A stretch of DNA of 64,000 nucleotides from Vitrella brassicaformis CCMP3155 (lineage: Eukaryota > Protista > Chromerida): assembly GCA_001179505.1 (NCBI GenBank), contig CDMY01000436.1, positions 62,001 to 126,000 on the forward strand. Reading direction: 5' to 3'. The notes beneath the pieces were generated by a model. The model was not told the origin of the DNA. It was given only the letters and a program-made list of their open reading frames with translations, and did no database searches. Below, piece after piece: positions 1 through 13,009 of the stretch. Made by a program: the position numbers and the translations under genes. The first letter of the stretch is position 1; every line of letters begins with the position of its first letter.

Positions 1-1316
1 TGCTGCTGCTGCTGTTGCTGCGGGTACATGGGCGATGGTGAAGCGGCGTTGTCGCAGTCGTTGCCATTTGGCGTGGCGGGGGCGCCCTCCACCTCTGCCT
101 CCTGCGGAGGAGGGTGCGACAGCTGCAGACCTGACCCGCCCCCCGCCGCTCCCCCCTGTTGCTGGGGGTTGACAGCCGCACCATCGGCCACCGGCTCGCC
201 CTGCGCCACGGACGACTCCTCGCCTCCCTGGCTGCTGCTCGAACCCACGCGATTCTCCTCGTATGCGTGGAACAGCGGGCTGGGCTGTGTGGTCGTGTTT
301 GGCGTCTCGGTGGCCTGAGGTGCTGGTGGTGCGGGGGAGGATGGGGCGGGGCCGGATGGACATGGGGAGGGTTCTTCCTCGGTGACGGCGGCCTGGGTGT
401 CCTTCTGCTGCCGCAGGAACCAGTCGCAGTAGCGCTTAAGCTGGGCGGCCTGAACGAAATGGAATGGATGGACGGATGGATCCCACGACAAGGGAATGGG
501 TGGATGGTCGGAGGATGTCTCGCAGCCATGATGATTGTGGTGTGTTTACCTGGTACTGTTCGGCGACTTGTTTGACGGCGAGGACGTTCTGCTGAGTGAT
601 GCGCTGGTAGAGCTCCTGCTCACACATCTCCTTGACGGGCTCCAACATAAACTCATCAGACACCTGCACATACACATAGACACACCAACCACACACACAT
701 CACTGGCTGGTCTCGCACACAAGCCACCTAATCTATCCCTCCCCTACTCTGCGCTCACCTGCAGCAGCTCGACCAGGAACGGTATGTCGTTGGGGTCGCC
801 CATCAGGCCGCCCGCCGCCCCAGCACCAGCACCAGCCCCACCACTGCCCCCACCGGCCGCAGCAGCAGCAGCCGGGCTGGGCCCGCTGGATGCGCCCATG
901 CGGTATGCGAAGGGCTGTGAGTTGTTGATGGATAGGGAAGAGAGTGAGAGCGGCAGGGGGTTGTAGATGGACGAGAGGGCGAATGGGCGTGGGGGCATGA
1001 CTGAGGGGCGGTAGCGGAACTTGACCTCGCCCGAGTACAGGAAGTCCATCATCGACTCAAACACCTCGTAGCGCACACCGGGGATCTGCACACATACATA
1101 CAAGGGGTGAATGGATGGATGGATGAATTGATGGCCTTCTCTGTCCGGGTGTGTGGGATGTGTGTGAGTGCTTTGTTTGTTGACCTCGATTTCCTTCTCG
1201 GATGACTCCTTCATGCCGCTGGTGAACATGGCGCGGAATCGGTCGCTCAGCAGACACAGAATGATGCGGTGGGCGTAGTACTGACGCCCCTCCACAATCT
1301 AGTACGACACAAGACA

Positions 1317-1351
<35 letters not shown>

Positions 1352-3616
1352 CATCATCTGTGCTCTTGAGGGCCATGTCGTGTATGTGTCTCTGTGCCTT
1401 ACGAATGTGATATCAGAGAAGGTGGGGTTGTTTCTGAACTCCATGAGTGAGGTTCGGAGCTTCTCCAGGCTGGACGAGGTCTCCGAACGGGACACATCCG
1501 GCGCGGGATCTGAACAAACGCAATCAATCAATGCCGGGGGGAGGGAGAAGGAGCTATCCATCCATCGACCCGCTTCTGCTGCTACACATCCATCCGTCGA
1601 TCTCCACACGCACCCACCTGTGTCGAGTATGTGGCAGTCGCGGAAGTATGTGGGGCCGAAACTCCCACCCAACACAAACACCTTGCGGTCAACCTAAGGA
1701 CACACACGCACATGCACACACTCGTGAGTGAGTGACGACGGTGTCCTTGGCTGTCTGTCTGTCTGTCTGTCTGTGTGTCTGTCATACCACAGCAGCGACG
1801 TGTCCGGCCCGTTTGTCCGGTCGTGGCATGTCCTCGTCCATGGGCGGCTGAAACCACGTCTGGTTGTCTGAGACACCATCAGATGAACACACACGACACA
1901 GAGAGACAAACAGAGAGAGATGCATTGACTGACACGGCTGTCTCTTGTTCGTTCGTCAGCTCAATGCAACGGGTGGTCATTTGCTGACTCACCAGGGTCG
2001 TAGCAGTGCAGGTCGTTGAAGCACTTGGTGGCATGGCCCGAGCCGCCAAAGAGATAGAGATAGCCGCGGATATAGTTGAGCGACATACCCGCCCGGGCGT
2101 GGGGGATGGAGCCCTTGACCTCCGGACGCGTCCACACCAGCGTCTCTGATGTGCACACACACATCCACACATCCGCCCGCGGCTCTCCCCTCCCAGTCTG
2201 TCTGTCTGCACATCCAAGTGTGGTTGGTACATACCTGTGTCGAGCACGTAAAGGTCGTTGAGCCGCTTGTGGCCATCCCACCCCCCTTCAGGCCGACAAG
2301 GACAGACAGACAGATACAGGACTGACTCATTTCTCCCCGTGTGCGTTTTGTGTGTACGTGCCCTCTCAGCTGCTTACCGAAGACGAAGAGCCGATGTCCG
2401 GCCGTGGCCGACGAGTGGTTGGCGCGGGGGGGCGGGATCTCGCCAAACGACTTGACGGGATGCCACTCCATCGCCTCTGATGTCCACACAAAAAGGAGAG
2501 AGATGGATGGGCGTCCTGTGTTCGATTCGTGCACATGTCTGTGTGTGGGTGTGGGTGTCTGCCGTACCAATGTCGAGTGCGTGCAGGTCGTTCAGGTACG
2601 CCCGACCATCGCCGCCTGGAGCAGACGCACAGACAGACAGACAGACGGCCCATTTGAGTGCGTGCGATGATGAGTGTATGTCGAGTGCGCACGCCTACCT
2701 CTGAAGACGAGTATCTTCTGTCTGTTGTCAATCTGGACGAGGTCGGCCGTGTGCATGTTGCAGGGGCCGGGGGGATCCCCATTCACAATGGGATCGACCC
2801 AGCGCTTCTGAGCTGCACCACACACACCCAGACACACGAGAGCCGAGATCTATCACGCGTGTGAAGGCCTTCTTTGTGCTGGCATCCCTCCCTCCCTCCC
2901 TAATACGATAGGCACCCACCCAGGTCGAGTATGTGAAGGTCGTTGGCGGCGAGAGGTCCGCTGCCCAGCCAGCCGCCCAGGATGTACAGACACCGACCCA
3001 CCAGAGTTGCAGTGTGGCCATTCCGGCCATCAGGCACCTCACCTGCACACAACACAACACGCGACGCTCAACGGTCGTGTGAGCACTGGACGGATGGGAC
3101 TCTGGTGTGCCTTTCTCTCACCGAATATGACGGGCTTGGTCCACTCGTACGTGTCGAGGTCGAGTGCCCAGAGGTCGCTGTGGTTGCGCTTGCCGTCATA
3201 ACCCCCGAAGATGTACAGACGCTTGCCTGAGTCAAGAAAGCGGTCACTCAGTAAGTGATTCCCCTGTGTGTGTGTGGTTGTCTCTTTGCCTACCGTCGAG
3301 AGTTGCCGTGTGGTTCTTGACCGAGGCCATCTGTTCCGTCACCTTGGTGGTCGACCACTTCATCTTGGGAAGCGGAGGCGCGCTGCCGTTACCACACGAC
3401 ACAACCTACGCAGCAAACACACACACACACACACACGCCAAGCACACAACAAGGTGTCAGCTTGACGTGTCTCTCCCTGCCTCCCTCCCTCCCCTCTGCA
3501 GCGGCGCCCCTAGTGTGTGCGTTGCTCACCTGTCCTGCGGCAGCCGACTGCGAGGCCGATGCGTCCTGGAAGTTTGAGAGCGTCCCTCCGTCGTCAGCAG
3601 ACGAGCTCGACGCCAT
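1..3616 (-). CDS. Kelch-repeat + BTB/POZ protein (LZTR1-like domain order), multi-exon; 3' end lies beyond the left edge
   Basis: ATG at 3616 (MASSSSADDGG). Spliced exons give kelch repeats (KRLYIFGGYDGKRNHSDLWALDLDTYEW; PGPCNMHTADL; PPPRANHSSATAGHRLFVFG; PHARAGMSLNYIRGYLYLFGG), then BTB (NNPTFSDITF, YYAHRIILCLLSDRFRAMFTSGMKES, VRYEVFESMMDFLYSG) and a BACK-like segment (FMLEPVKEMCEQEL). Confidence 0.85.
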
Positions 3617-3896
3617 CGCTCAATCAACCAAAGCTCCAAACACTTTCAAACCACAGATTTCAGACACAGGCACCTGTGCGGGTGCTCGCAGCACTGACTG
3701 TTGCTTCGCCTTTGCCCTCCTGCTTTCGGGAGTGCGCGAAACATTTGAAGCTAAGCTTGCAGAGGGAGCGTCTCCTCTAAGCAAAAGCGAACCCCTGTGT
3801 GTCACACGCTGTTCGTGAGGTAAGAAACCACCACCTCGCTGTATGTGCCCTCTCTGGAATGGCGCGTTTTGTCTCGTGCGGTGCACTGAGCAGGCA
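3617..3896. promoter_or_regulatory. Putative bidirectional promoter with E2F-like GCGCGAAA (3734-3741) and CHR-like ATTTGAA (3743-3749)
   Basis: 280 bp between divergent ATGs; motifs read directly from the sequence, function inferred. Confidence 0.4.
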
Positions 3897-5103
3897 ATGC
3901 CGAAGCGAAAGGACGCCCCTGCTGGCCCACTGCGTCGCTCCAAGCGACTCAAGGTCCCGGTCGACCTCGTCGGTTCCCTCGTCAAAGGCCCGCTGCTGGA
4001 CGTCATCCTCTTCAGTGGCGCCACGGGCATCGCGTCTCTGAGCGCTGTGTCCAAGGAGATCGGCGAGGAGGCCGAAGGTCATGTGAAAGCCCTCATCGAC
4101 AAGGTGATCAAGGAGAGAGGCCTCGGGCAGTGCATTGCCTGGGAGGAGCAGCCGGCGACGCTGAAGCGGCACATGAAGAAGGGCACCTACATGATTCGGC
4201 TGCTGCACTGCCTGGAGAACCTGGGAGACAGCCCCCGGATCCCCATAATGCTCCGGCTCGCCCACCGCCAGGGCCTGCTGCCGGCGCTGCCAGTGACGCT
4301 CAACCACCTGGATGTCAAGAAGGTCCCGTCGAGAAAGGACTTCGACGACCAGCCAGAGTCAGTGAGGGTGATGATGCTGCTCGGGCATCGGCTCAAGGGC
4401 AGACACGGGAGCCTGGCCGTCCGCTGTGTGAACGGTGGTGTGATGGGCACGACCTTCTACACGCCCGAGACGGTGCCCGCCGCATATGCCAATTTGTTCA
4501 ATGCCAAGGACCCCGTGTGCAGGGGTGAGTGAGATGAGGTGTGGTGTGGGCGGATGGGGAGGGAAGTAAGTGGATGTCTTTCTTTGTCCTTTGTGTGTGT
4601 GTTCAGCGGCTGACATCACCTTCTCTTCTTACACCGACGCCACGCTGCACAGGTGGGCAAACGGAGAACAGCTGATGGATGTAATCCAACAGCCCTTCTG
4701 TCTGTCTGTCTGTCTGTCTGTCGTTGGCAGCATCCTCGAGTGCGACCCTGCCCAGCTGTGGGGTGTTCGCACGGCGGCCAAATTTTTCATTCGCAGGCGA
4801 GACAACCCCAACCTCTACGACGTCGCGGCCACCCTCATCAACACGCCGGCACCCGCATTCGGCTGCACAACCATCGACGCCGTGTGCGGCGCCGAGACCC
4901 GCCGACTGATCATCCTGAGAGGCCTCAACGACGGCGACAACTTCTCGGCGTTTGTGCGCGTGCGCAAGTGGGACAGCCTGATATCGGTGACGGTGCGCAC
5001 GACCGAGGCGGGGGCTGCGGCGGCGGGAGGGTGGCAGGCGACCAAGGCTGCCGCCATCCAGGTGATGGGCAACGTCGCGCAGCAGCTGCTCTACCCTGCA
5101 TGA
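3897..5103 (+). CDS. Hypothetical lineage-specific protein, 3 exons (3897-4524, 4607-4652, 4731-5103)
   Basis: ATG 3897 (MPKRKDAPAGPLRRSKRLK, NLS-like), GC3-rich codons, GT-AG introns at 4525-4606 and 4653-4730, TGA 5101-5103. No recognisable domain. Confidence 0.7.
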
Positions 5104-6456
5104 GCATGAGAGAGGGAGGACTGGGGTGGTGGGGTCTGTTGTTCGAGAGGAATTGTCTGTGTTGCGTGAGTGTCGTTCGTTGTTGTGTGATGTTTGGCTG
5201 AGAGAGCATGACGGAACTCGCCATGGGTGCCGGCTAGGCACAGGGAGAGAGACAGAGAGGGGGAGAGGTAGGCATCTTATAGTGAGTGCCAAGCAAGTGG
5301 GTAAGTCGGAGTTGCCACGGCGGTCTCTTTCACCCGTCGCCTCCAGCGGCGACACAGACGTGATGATACGCACCCGGTATCCATCACGTCTATTTCGTCG
5401 ACACCGGTGACCCTTGGAAAAGACCCCGTGTGTGACCGACGGATGCAAGAAAGTTGGTCGACGACCTGTATGTGTATCCAGTAACGATTCGATCTGTCGG
5501 TGTTTGTCTGACCTACCTGCATAACAAGGCGCTGGCAATTTGTCGCCAGCGGCAGCCAATGGTGCTTGCACAAGTGTGGACGCAATGGTTGTCGAACGGA
5601 GACTTCTCTGAGAGTGTGTGTCGAGGAACTTTCGGCATTCACAGCATTGTCCAATATATGTTGAAGAAAGGATTCGGAGAGTCTTCGGTGAGTCTTCCCC
5701 CCATCCCCTCCCTCTCCCCTTGCCACCACATCCACTCACCCACAGGCAGGCAGGCAGGCTGGCTTGTTATGTGTGTCTAGGTAGGTAGGTAGGTATAGGC
5801 AGGCAGGCAGTCAGTAGGTAGGTAGGTAGTCGGCTGTTATGGTACACAAACAGTATGTATGCATCTCAGGCAGTCAGTGAGTGAGTCAGACAGTCAGTCA
5901 GTGGTATTAAACTCCTCTTCTTTCGTCTCGGGACCCATAGATACGATAGATAGAGATGGCGGGCGGCGCTGGCTGGCTGGGCACACGACACGACAACTCT
6001 CCTGATTTGATGGGATTGACTCGGGGGGTGTGAAGGGGTGGTACGTATCGGATCTATCTGACTACAGAGAAAGAGGGCGGCCGCCCCGCCACGCCTCCAC
6101 CACACCATTGCCGCCTTGTCTGCCTGCCTGTCTGCCTGCCTGCCTTGTGCTTACGCAAACAAACAACCCACTCACTCACACACAAACACGCGATTCATAC
6201 ACACGATGCAAGTATGTTTGTATGTATTAGCCAGCCAGCCAGCCAGCCAGAGAGACGGAAGGAAAAACACCCAGCTGCTCATCCATCCAACCACTCATCC
6301 ACTCACCACTGCATGCGATCCACCTCTCTCCTCCACTCAACCACTCACTCAGTCAGTCTACGCACCACCGAACCAAACCAAAAACAAAATACCGCCGGCG
6401 TCTTTCTTTCTCCACCATCCATCTATCCACTCGTCCGTCCATCCATCCAGCGCTTT

Positions 6457-9400
6457 TCACTCGCCGTCCTGCGCCTGTGAGGGTCTGCCCTGGGCCGTCT
6501 GCGGCACAAACGGCTGTGGCGGCACCATGTAGTAGGTCGGCCAGAGGTGAGGGTGCGGCGGGAACGGCGCACGGGGGTCGAACCCCATGGCGGGGGCCAC
6601 GGGACGGGCTGGCGGCTGCTGGCGGGCGGCCGCCGGCTGCCGCGGGGGAGGCTGCACCGACGCCGCGATCAGACCCACCGGCTGGGGAAAGGTCATGAAG
6701 TGGGTGAAGTGCTGCGGGGCTATCGCAGGGACGGGTTGACCTGACGCAGACGACGCAAACTCACCACCTCCTGACCCAACCTGAAACAAAGAAAGAAAGG
6801 GACAGCCGACAGGACAGACACACAAGGAGGGAGGGAGGATATGTATATGGCCAGCCAGCCCATTATCGCATTGATATGTCTCTGTCTGTCAGAGTGCCGG
6901 GGAGGTTATAGATAGGCACCTGTGTGGACTTTCCGGCAGGGGAATCGCCCTTGGCAGCCGACGCAGCAGCGACAGCGGCAGCAAGAGGCCGCGTACCCAC
7001 CGCCCCTCCTCGCCCCTTGCCACCTCGTCCAGCCGGCGCACGAAGACCTCCGTCGGCCATGAAGTGCAGCGGTGCTGCGAGTGGGTGCTGGGGCGCTGTG
7101 GTGGGCGGCTGGTAGGGCTGCGACCGCTTGGCCTTGCTCTTGGGCGACCCTCGAGTGGCCGCATAGGTGGGAGGGTGGCTCACTTGACTCACCTGAGCCC
7201 CCATCTGCAGAGACGACGCCTGGGCAGCAGCCGATGACGTCTGCACGCCAGCCAGGGCCGGAGCCGGGCCGCGCAGAGGCACCTGGGGGGCCGCCACTGT
7301 GGCAACAGGCGCAGGAGGACGCGAGTACACAGCCTGTGCGGGTGAAGCCACGCCGTTAACCAAACCGAGACTCAGGCTGCTCGCGGGGCCCGACATGGCG
7401 ATGGACGGCTGCAGCTGCTGGGCGGGGGGAGTCGACCCAGAGATGGCAGAACTGTTGACGGCACGTGAGGCAGCGGGGCGGCTGGCAGGGGCAGCCACGG
7501 TCGCCACAGTGGCAGCGAAAGTCGCCGACGTGATCTGTGGCTGCGACAGCGCAACAACGAGCGGCTGTGAGGGCGCGACGATGTCAGCAATGGGCTGGAG
7601 AGAAGACGGTAGGGGGCCCTGAAGGAGTGCCGGTGCAGGAGGTGGCAGTACGGGAGCAGGTGCGGGAGGGGCCGGCTTGTCCTCCTTCTCGATGGTGGGT
7701 GGCAGCGAGTCCGACACGGGCGGAGTGGGGGGCGACTCCGGTGCCTTGGGGAGCATCTCGGGACACAACTCTGCAACAATCTCGTCTGTCATAAGATGAG
7801 ATCAACACAGAGAGACGAAAGGGCGAGACGAATGATGCATGGCATGAGGTACTCCTCCTCCTTGTGGCGTCTGGCTGCAGCTGCACTACCTACCGAGTTC
7901 TGGTCGTCTGTCTTCCTTGAGGTCGTCCCGGTGCTCGGCGAGCCACCTGGAGAGGTAGGTGCGGGCCTTCTTGCTGATGTTGCGCCTCTTGGCAGTGATG
8001 TAGTCAAGCACCAGATTGAGACACCCCGCTGTGCCGTGCTCCTTGTTGGGCAGCATGTTGGCCAACGGCTGGGGCGGGCCGGTCTGCTTGGCGGGATAAC
8101 CCTGACAGACAGACAGACAGTCACACACAGACAGACACCCACACACGTAAGTAACATCCACGCCTGCCTGCCTCTGTGTTGGATGCACGCACGCACCTTC
8201 CACTTGCACACGAGCTGGATGACTTCCTCTCCGTTGACCGTGGCTGGCTTGTGGTTGAGAATCTTCTCAATGTCGAGGAACTCGCCAAGTGGCGCAGTCA
8301 CTGCCGCTGCTGCAGCACCTGCACACCACACACAGACACACACAGACACATACAGAGGATGAGTGCGCACCGGGCTGCATCCATCCATCGATCTCCCTGA
8401 CTAACCCTTCTTCTTGGTTGTCTTGGTGGTGGCCTTGCGCGTCGTCTTCTTCTTGTGGCCTCCATTGCCGCCCTTCTTCTTTTTGTTGCCCACCGGCGCG
8501 TCAGACAACACACCCGCATCGCCACCATACGCCGCCGATGCATGGGCCGACGTCGCAGACTTACGGTTGCGGGCAGCCTGACAGACAGAGAGAGATGAAG
8601 TAGCGCAGACAGACAGACAAGACAGACAGACCGACAGACAGGTCCATCCATGTGTCTGTCGACCCTGTCTGTCGTGAGACTACGGGTGTAGTGTACTTTG
8701 GTGGGTCTGGCGTCGGTGTCGCTGAGCCCATCGGCAGGGTTGGTGCGCGAGTGCTCGGCGCAGAGGAACTCCTTGGTGCGGATGCGCCCGGCGCCGCGAA
8801 AGGCTGTGGATGAGATCGTCTCCAAACCATGCTGCACACACACAAGTTGGGAGGGCACACACGCGTGTGGCTTGTCTGTCTGTGTGATGGTTTGATTGCT
8901 GGCTGGTGGGTGTGTCGGCCACTGACCAGTCGTGCGCACGTGACGTGGAATCGTGTCTTGCATCCTTCTCCGGCGCACTCGGCGGTGAAGCCGTTGTTGC
9001 TGTTGCAGAAGATGCACCCGTCGCCCTCCATGGGGAACTCGGCCGACTCCGCCGTGGCGGGGATCACCAAACGACCATTCTGCACTCACAGACAGACAGG
9101 AGGCACACAAACACACACAGCGCGGCACGCCGTGAGATAGATCAACACGCTGGTCTGTCTGGTCACACGTGTGTGTGTTTCATTCTCACCGTGCCCTGCT
9201 CCAACTCAAGACCGCTCTCCGTATACAACACACCTGAACCGTCAACAACAGCAGTTTGCAAATGGACGGTGAGTGATGGGCGCAGGCAGCCCATCCCTTC
9301 CCCCGGTGTGTGCAGGTCTGTGCAGGTCCCCCACTGCAGGGCAGGGCTTACATGAAACATGAGCCCAATCAGGGTCCCTTGTGGCCTTGAGCGCCCCGCC

Positions 9401-12400
9401 CTTGTGGCCACACAAGCAACACTTCGGCCCCCCGTCCCCGTCGGCGGCGATGGCGGCCCGCAGCTGTTCGGCGGCCGCATCGCTCATGTCACCCCCCAGA
9501 CATGCGATCGATCCCCCAGGGATGCCCGGCGGACTGTCGCCCAAAGCGCAGGGGTCGCACAGCCAGGGCACGTGCGCCTGAGACGATGACGTGCCCAACG
9601 AATTGTCCCTCGGGACGCCGTAGCACGATGTGTGCACCGTCACGCCACACCTAAAGGGATGGGTCAACCATGGAATGGAGGGATGGATCAGACACGCGCC
9701 ATGCGCAAATGAACGTCTCCCTCTCCCTCTCTCTCTCTCTCTCTGGCCTTGGTTCCTTACTTGTAGCACGTGACCCCTGACTTGACGTCGACCCTCTCGG
9801 CGCACACCGCACAGCAGCCCGCCGGCACCCCAGTCAACGGGTCGACCCCCTCCTTCTTGCTCTTGGTTTCCGCAGCAGCGCGGTCCCGCTTCCTTGGTTG
9901 AGCGACAGGTGGCACAGGGGGCGGGGCCATCGAGACGTCCACCACTGGCTCTGACGGCCGCCGGCTGCGTGTCGACAGCGCGGGGCCCAACGAGTAGCCG
10001 TTCATGAGAGATGGAGCAGGTGACGCTGGGAGAGGGGCGGCAGCGGCCGCAGCAGCTGCTGCTGCAGCAGCCACGGCCTGGCTGGCGCGCTGTCTGGCGG
10101 CGGCCTGTCGGGCGGATGGTGTGGGGGACTTGGGGGCCTTTTGCCGCGACTTCTTGACGGTGCTGGCTCCGGTGGGCCGGCCTCTCCGCCGTGGCGACTG
10201 CGACTCCTCGGCAATATCGGCGGCCGCCAGTTTTGCCACGGCCGCAGCAGCCACCGCAGCAGATCGGGCGCGTCGCTGGGGAGATGGCGTGGGCAGGACG
10301 TCCTGCAGGAGCATGTCGAAATCGCCGCTGCCCTCGTCTCCCTTGCGCGTGAAGCGTCCGTCAGATCCCCTGGGAGGGTCCCGCAGCTTGCCGCCGGCGA
10401 ATCTGGGTGACTTGGCCACAGCCGCCTTGCGGCGGGTGGGCCGCGATCGGCCGCCGGGAGGGACATAATCGAGCTCGGCCATGGCCATGTGCTCTCCGCT
10501 GAAGTCGACAGTCGACTCACGCTTGCGCAGGTTCATGCGATGGGTCCTGCCGCTGCTGCCGTCAGAACGAGGCGTCTGCAGGAAGGAAGGAAAGATGCAC
10601 ACACAGTGGATGCAGCGAGGATGGATGGGTGGTATCTGTCGTGTGTGGAGGGTAGGGTGAGGCCTCAGGTGACTGATCGATCTGTCTGACTGACCTCTCC
10701 AGTGATGCCGTCCCCCCTGCCCTGGATAGACATCTCCGACTCGGCGCGGTTGAAGTCGAGGGTGGATCCGAGCGCCTTGATGACCTTCTGTTTCTTGAGC
10801 TGACGTCGCTTGTTCTCGTGATGCGCCCAGTAGGCACGATACAGAGGCCGCCCACGGCCGCGGAAACGAGTCGCCCAGTACTGAACAGATAGATAGATGC
10901 ACGACACGACACACACGACAGCAGGATGAGCGCTCCACGTTTGTGTCTGCGTGTGTGTGTGGGTGTGCTGCCTCTTTCCCTCCCGCCCTCTTCCTCTCGC
11001 CCAGCCCACCTTATAGACGATAGATGCTGCTTCTTTCGAAAGGCTGAGTGGGTAGTTCTGGGGCATGGGGGGGTAGTCGTCGGCATTCAGGGGGTCAGTC
11101 ACGGTGTACTTGGCGGCCTGGGCAGCAGACGTACTGCCTGACTCGGGCGGCACACCGTCGGCCGTGTCCGTCGTCAAGCCCAACTCCTTGGCCGCAGGTC
11201 CAGTGAGCACAGCCATGCCTGAACAGAACCGCAACATACACACAGACATCTCGGTCGGCAAGGTAAGGTGTCAGGGTACAGTGGGAGTGTGTGTTGGTAT
11301 AGGATGCGTCAGGTGTGTGCGGTTTGTACCGAATTCACACTTCTCGATAGACGCAGCTGGTGTGGGTTTGCCACTGTAGAAGAAGGCACGCTCAAGCAAC
11401 TCTATCGCAGCACCAAAGTCAGCCTGACCACAACACAACAATCGGTGACCGATAGTCAGGTGCAGTGCATCAATCCACCCATCCCTCCCTCCCTCCCTGT
11501 GTGTCCAGTCCACCCTGCTCCGCTCACCTCCGTGGGCTTGGAAGGTGTGTCCTCGTCAGGCACCTCGTCCAGGATGGCATGCACCTTGTCAAACCAGGGC
11601 GCCCCCCAGCCGGCCCTCTTGTCGTCCTCCAGGTCGCCCCTCATGGACATGGGCGACAGAGGGCTGTTGGTCGGCACCGCTGACGACTTCTCCAGCTGCA
11701 GCATGGGTGGCACGAACGAGGGCGGCTGCATCATGCCATCAGAGGGGCCGGGGAGGGGGAGGGGGTGGAAGGGGGGCGAGGGGATGGTGGAGTTGCCGTT
11801 CGCGGCAAGGTCACCGCCCAGCTCGCTGGGCGGTGAAGTGATGGCCGGGCCGCCGTTGAGCGTCCCAGAGGGGTGGAGGGAGGGGGGAGGGGCGTCCAGA
11901 TCCATGGGACCACTGGCACCGCTCTTCTTGTCTTCCTCTGGAGGGTCGTCGGACTCTCTGTCGGACTTCTTGGGCGGCGGGAGCATGAAGCCGTGCTGGG
12001 CGGCATGGAGAGAGGACTCCGTGGCCTTGGTGTCCTCCTCCTTGGCCGAGTGCGACGGCTCCGACTTGACGAGTGCGTCCGGGGGAGGCGGGGGGAGCAG
12101 GGGACGCACTTTGTTGTCGAGCTTCTCCTGCCAGAGGTCCAGAAAGTGGACGTCCTCCACCGAGAGGTCATAGAAGACGCTGCGCTTCGGGGGAAGTGAC
12201 TGGCATATCGCGTGACGACTGCACACACAAGGACACACACAACCAGACATGTGCACATGCACCCTGCTCGAAACTCGGCACTCGGGGAGGGTGAGAGAAG
12301 CCCTTGCTGACTGACTGTCCGAGTGCATGCAGGCCAAGTTCGCCGTGTCAATCCCATGTCTCCCTGCCCCAAGCTCACTTTCCGACACAGAAGAACTGGA

Positions 12401-12696
12401 TCCTCTCAGCCGGCCGGTCCCACTTGTCATAGAAAAGTGGGTCGTCAGTCAACTCGACGTGTACAGGTACAGGAATGTTGGTCTTCTTTCGGGTCGCACA
12501 TGACAGGGCGTCCTTGGACGAGGTGGCGTGCCTGCCCTCAAAGAGCCGAGAAACATCTATCTCGCTCCGAATCACAGGAAGCTCCAAATTCTGAGACCGG
12601 TAGGAAAGCCAATCACGCGACACAACGGACTCGACCATTCGTAGGATTTCCTACCTTATTGAACGTTCTCCGGTTCTTGGAGGTCGTAGACGCCAT
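6457..12696 (-). CDS. Enhancer-of-polycomb (EPL1)-like N-terminus + PHD/Zn-knuckle/PHD (PZP) + chromodomain-like protein; BRPF/JADE-type HAT scaffold
   Basis: Spliced start MASTTSKNRRTFNK|NLELPVIRSE...TNIPVPVH...DRPAERIQFF|...FYDLSVEDVHFL...FGAAIELLERAFF resembles EPL1. PHD1: CAVCAE...CYK|CGVTVHTSCYG...WLCDPC. Knuckle/PHD2: CCLCGHKGGALKAT...WAHVSC; CIFC...CAGEGCKTRFHVTCA...FLCAEH. Chromo-like: DIEKILNHK...LVCKWK|GYP. Stop TGA 6457-6459. Confidence 0.8.
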
Positions 12697-13009
12697 CAGG
12701 GACGAAGGAGACTACCGGGACGAGCCGAGAAGGGCGAGAAAAGGCGTGGGACTTCAGCTCGCACTCCCGCACTATTTGGCATCCTTCGGGAGCTCGTGCT
12801 CTCCTCTCTCCATATATCGGTTCTGTTGGAGCTCACCCAACCTGTCTCAGACACATTTCGGAGCTCACACTTCGGGGTGCTGTTTCCCTGCCAATCAGAT
12901 TTGAACCCTAATTTTGGAGTTAGAGCTGCCTGCGAAAAATCTTTCCGTTTCACGGTGTTACCAAATCAAACGGTTCCATTGAACGCTTTTCCATCAGAGG
13001 AGGGAACGG
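12697..13009. promoter_or_regulatory. Putative bidirectional promoter with CCAAT (12891-12895), CHR-like ATTTGAA (12899-12905) and a single telo-box AACCCTA (12904-12910)
   Basis: 313 bp between divergent ATGs; motifs cluster within 20 bp. Confidence 0.4.

Noticed and set aside
1-3616. Plasmodium Kelch13 ortholog
   Set aside because: Domain order is kelch then BTB, the reverse of K13.
4603-5739. 378-aa minus-strand ORF
   Set aside because: Overlaps gene 2 antisense, crosses intron microsatellites and has no domain; a typical GC-rich shadow ORF.
12323-12430. Start of the PZP gene at ORF 11456-12430 (MTSG or MHSD)
   Set aside because: These lie in an intron; phase-compatible splicing to upstream EPL1-like exons moves the start to 12696.
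12904-12910. Interstitial telomeric repeat
   Set aside because: Only one AACCCTA unit; kept only as a possible promoter motif.
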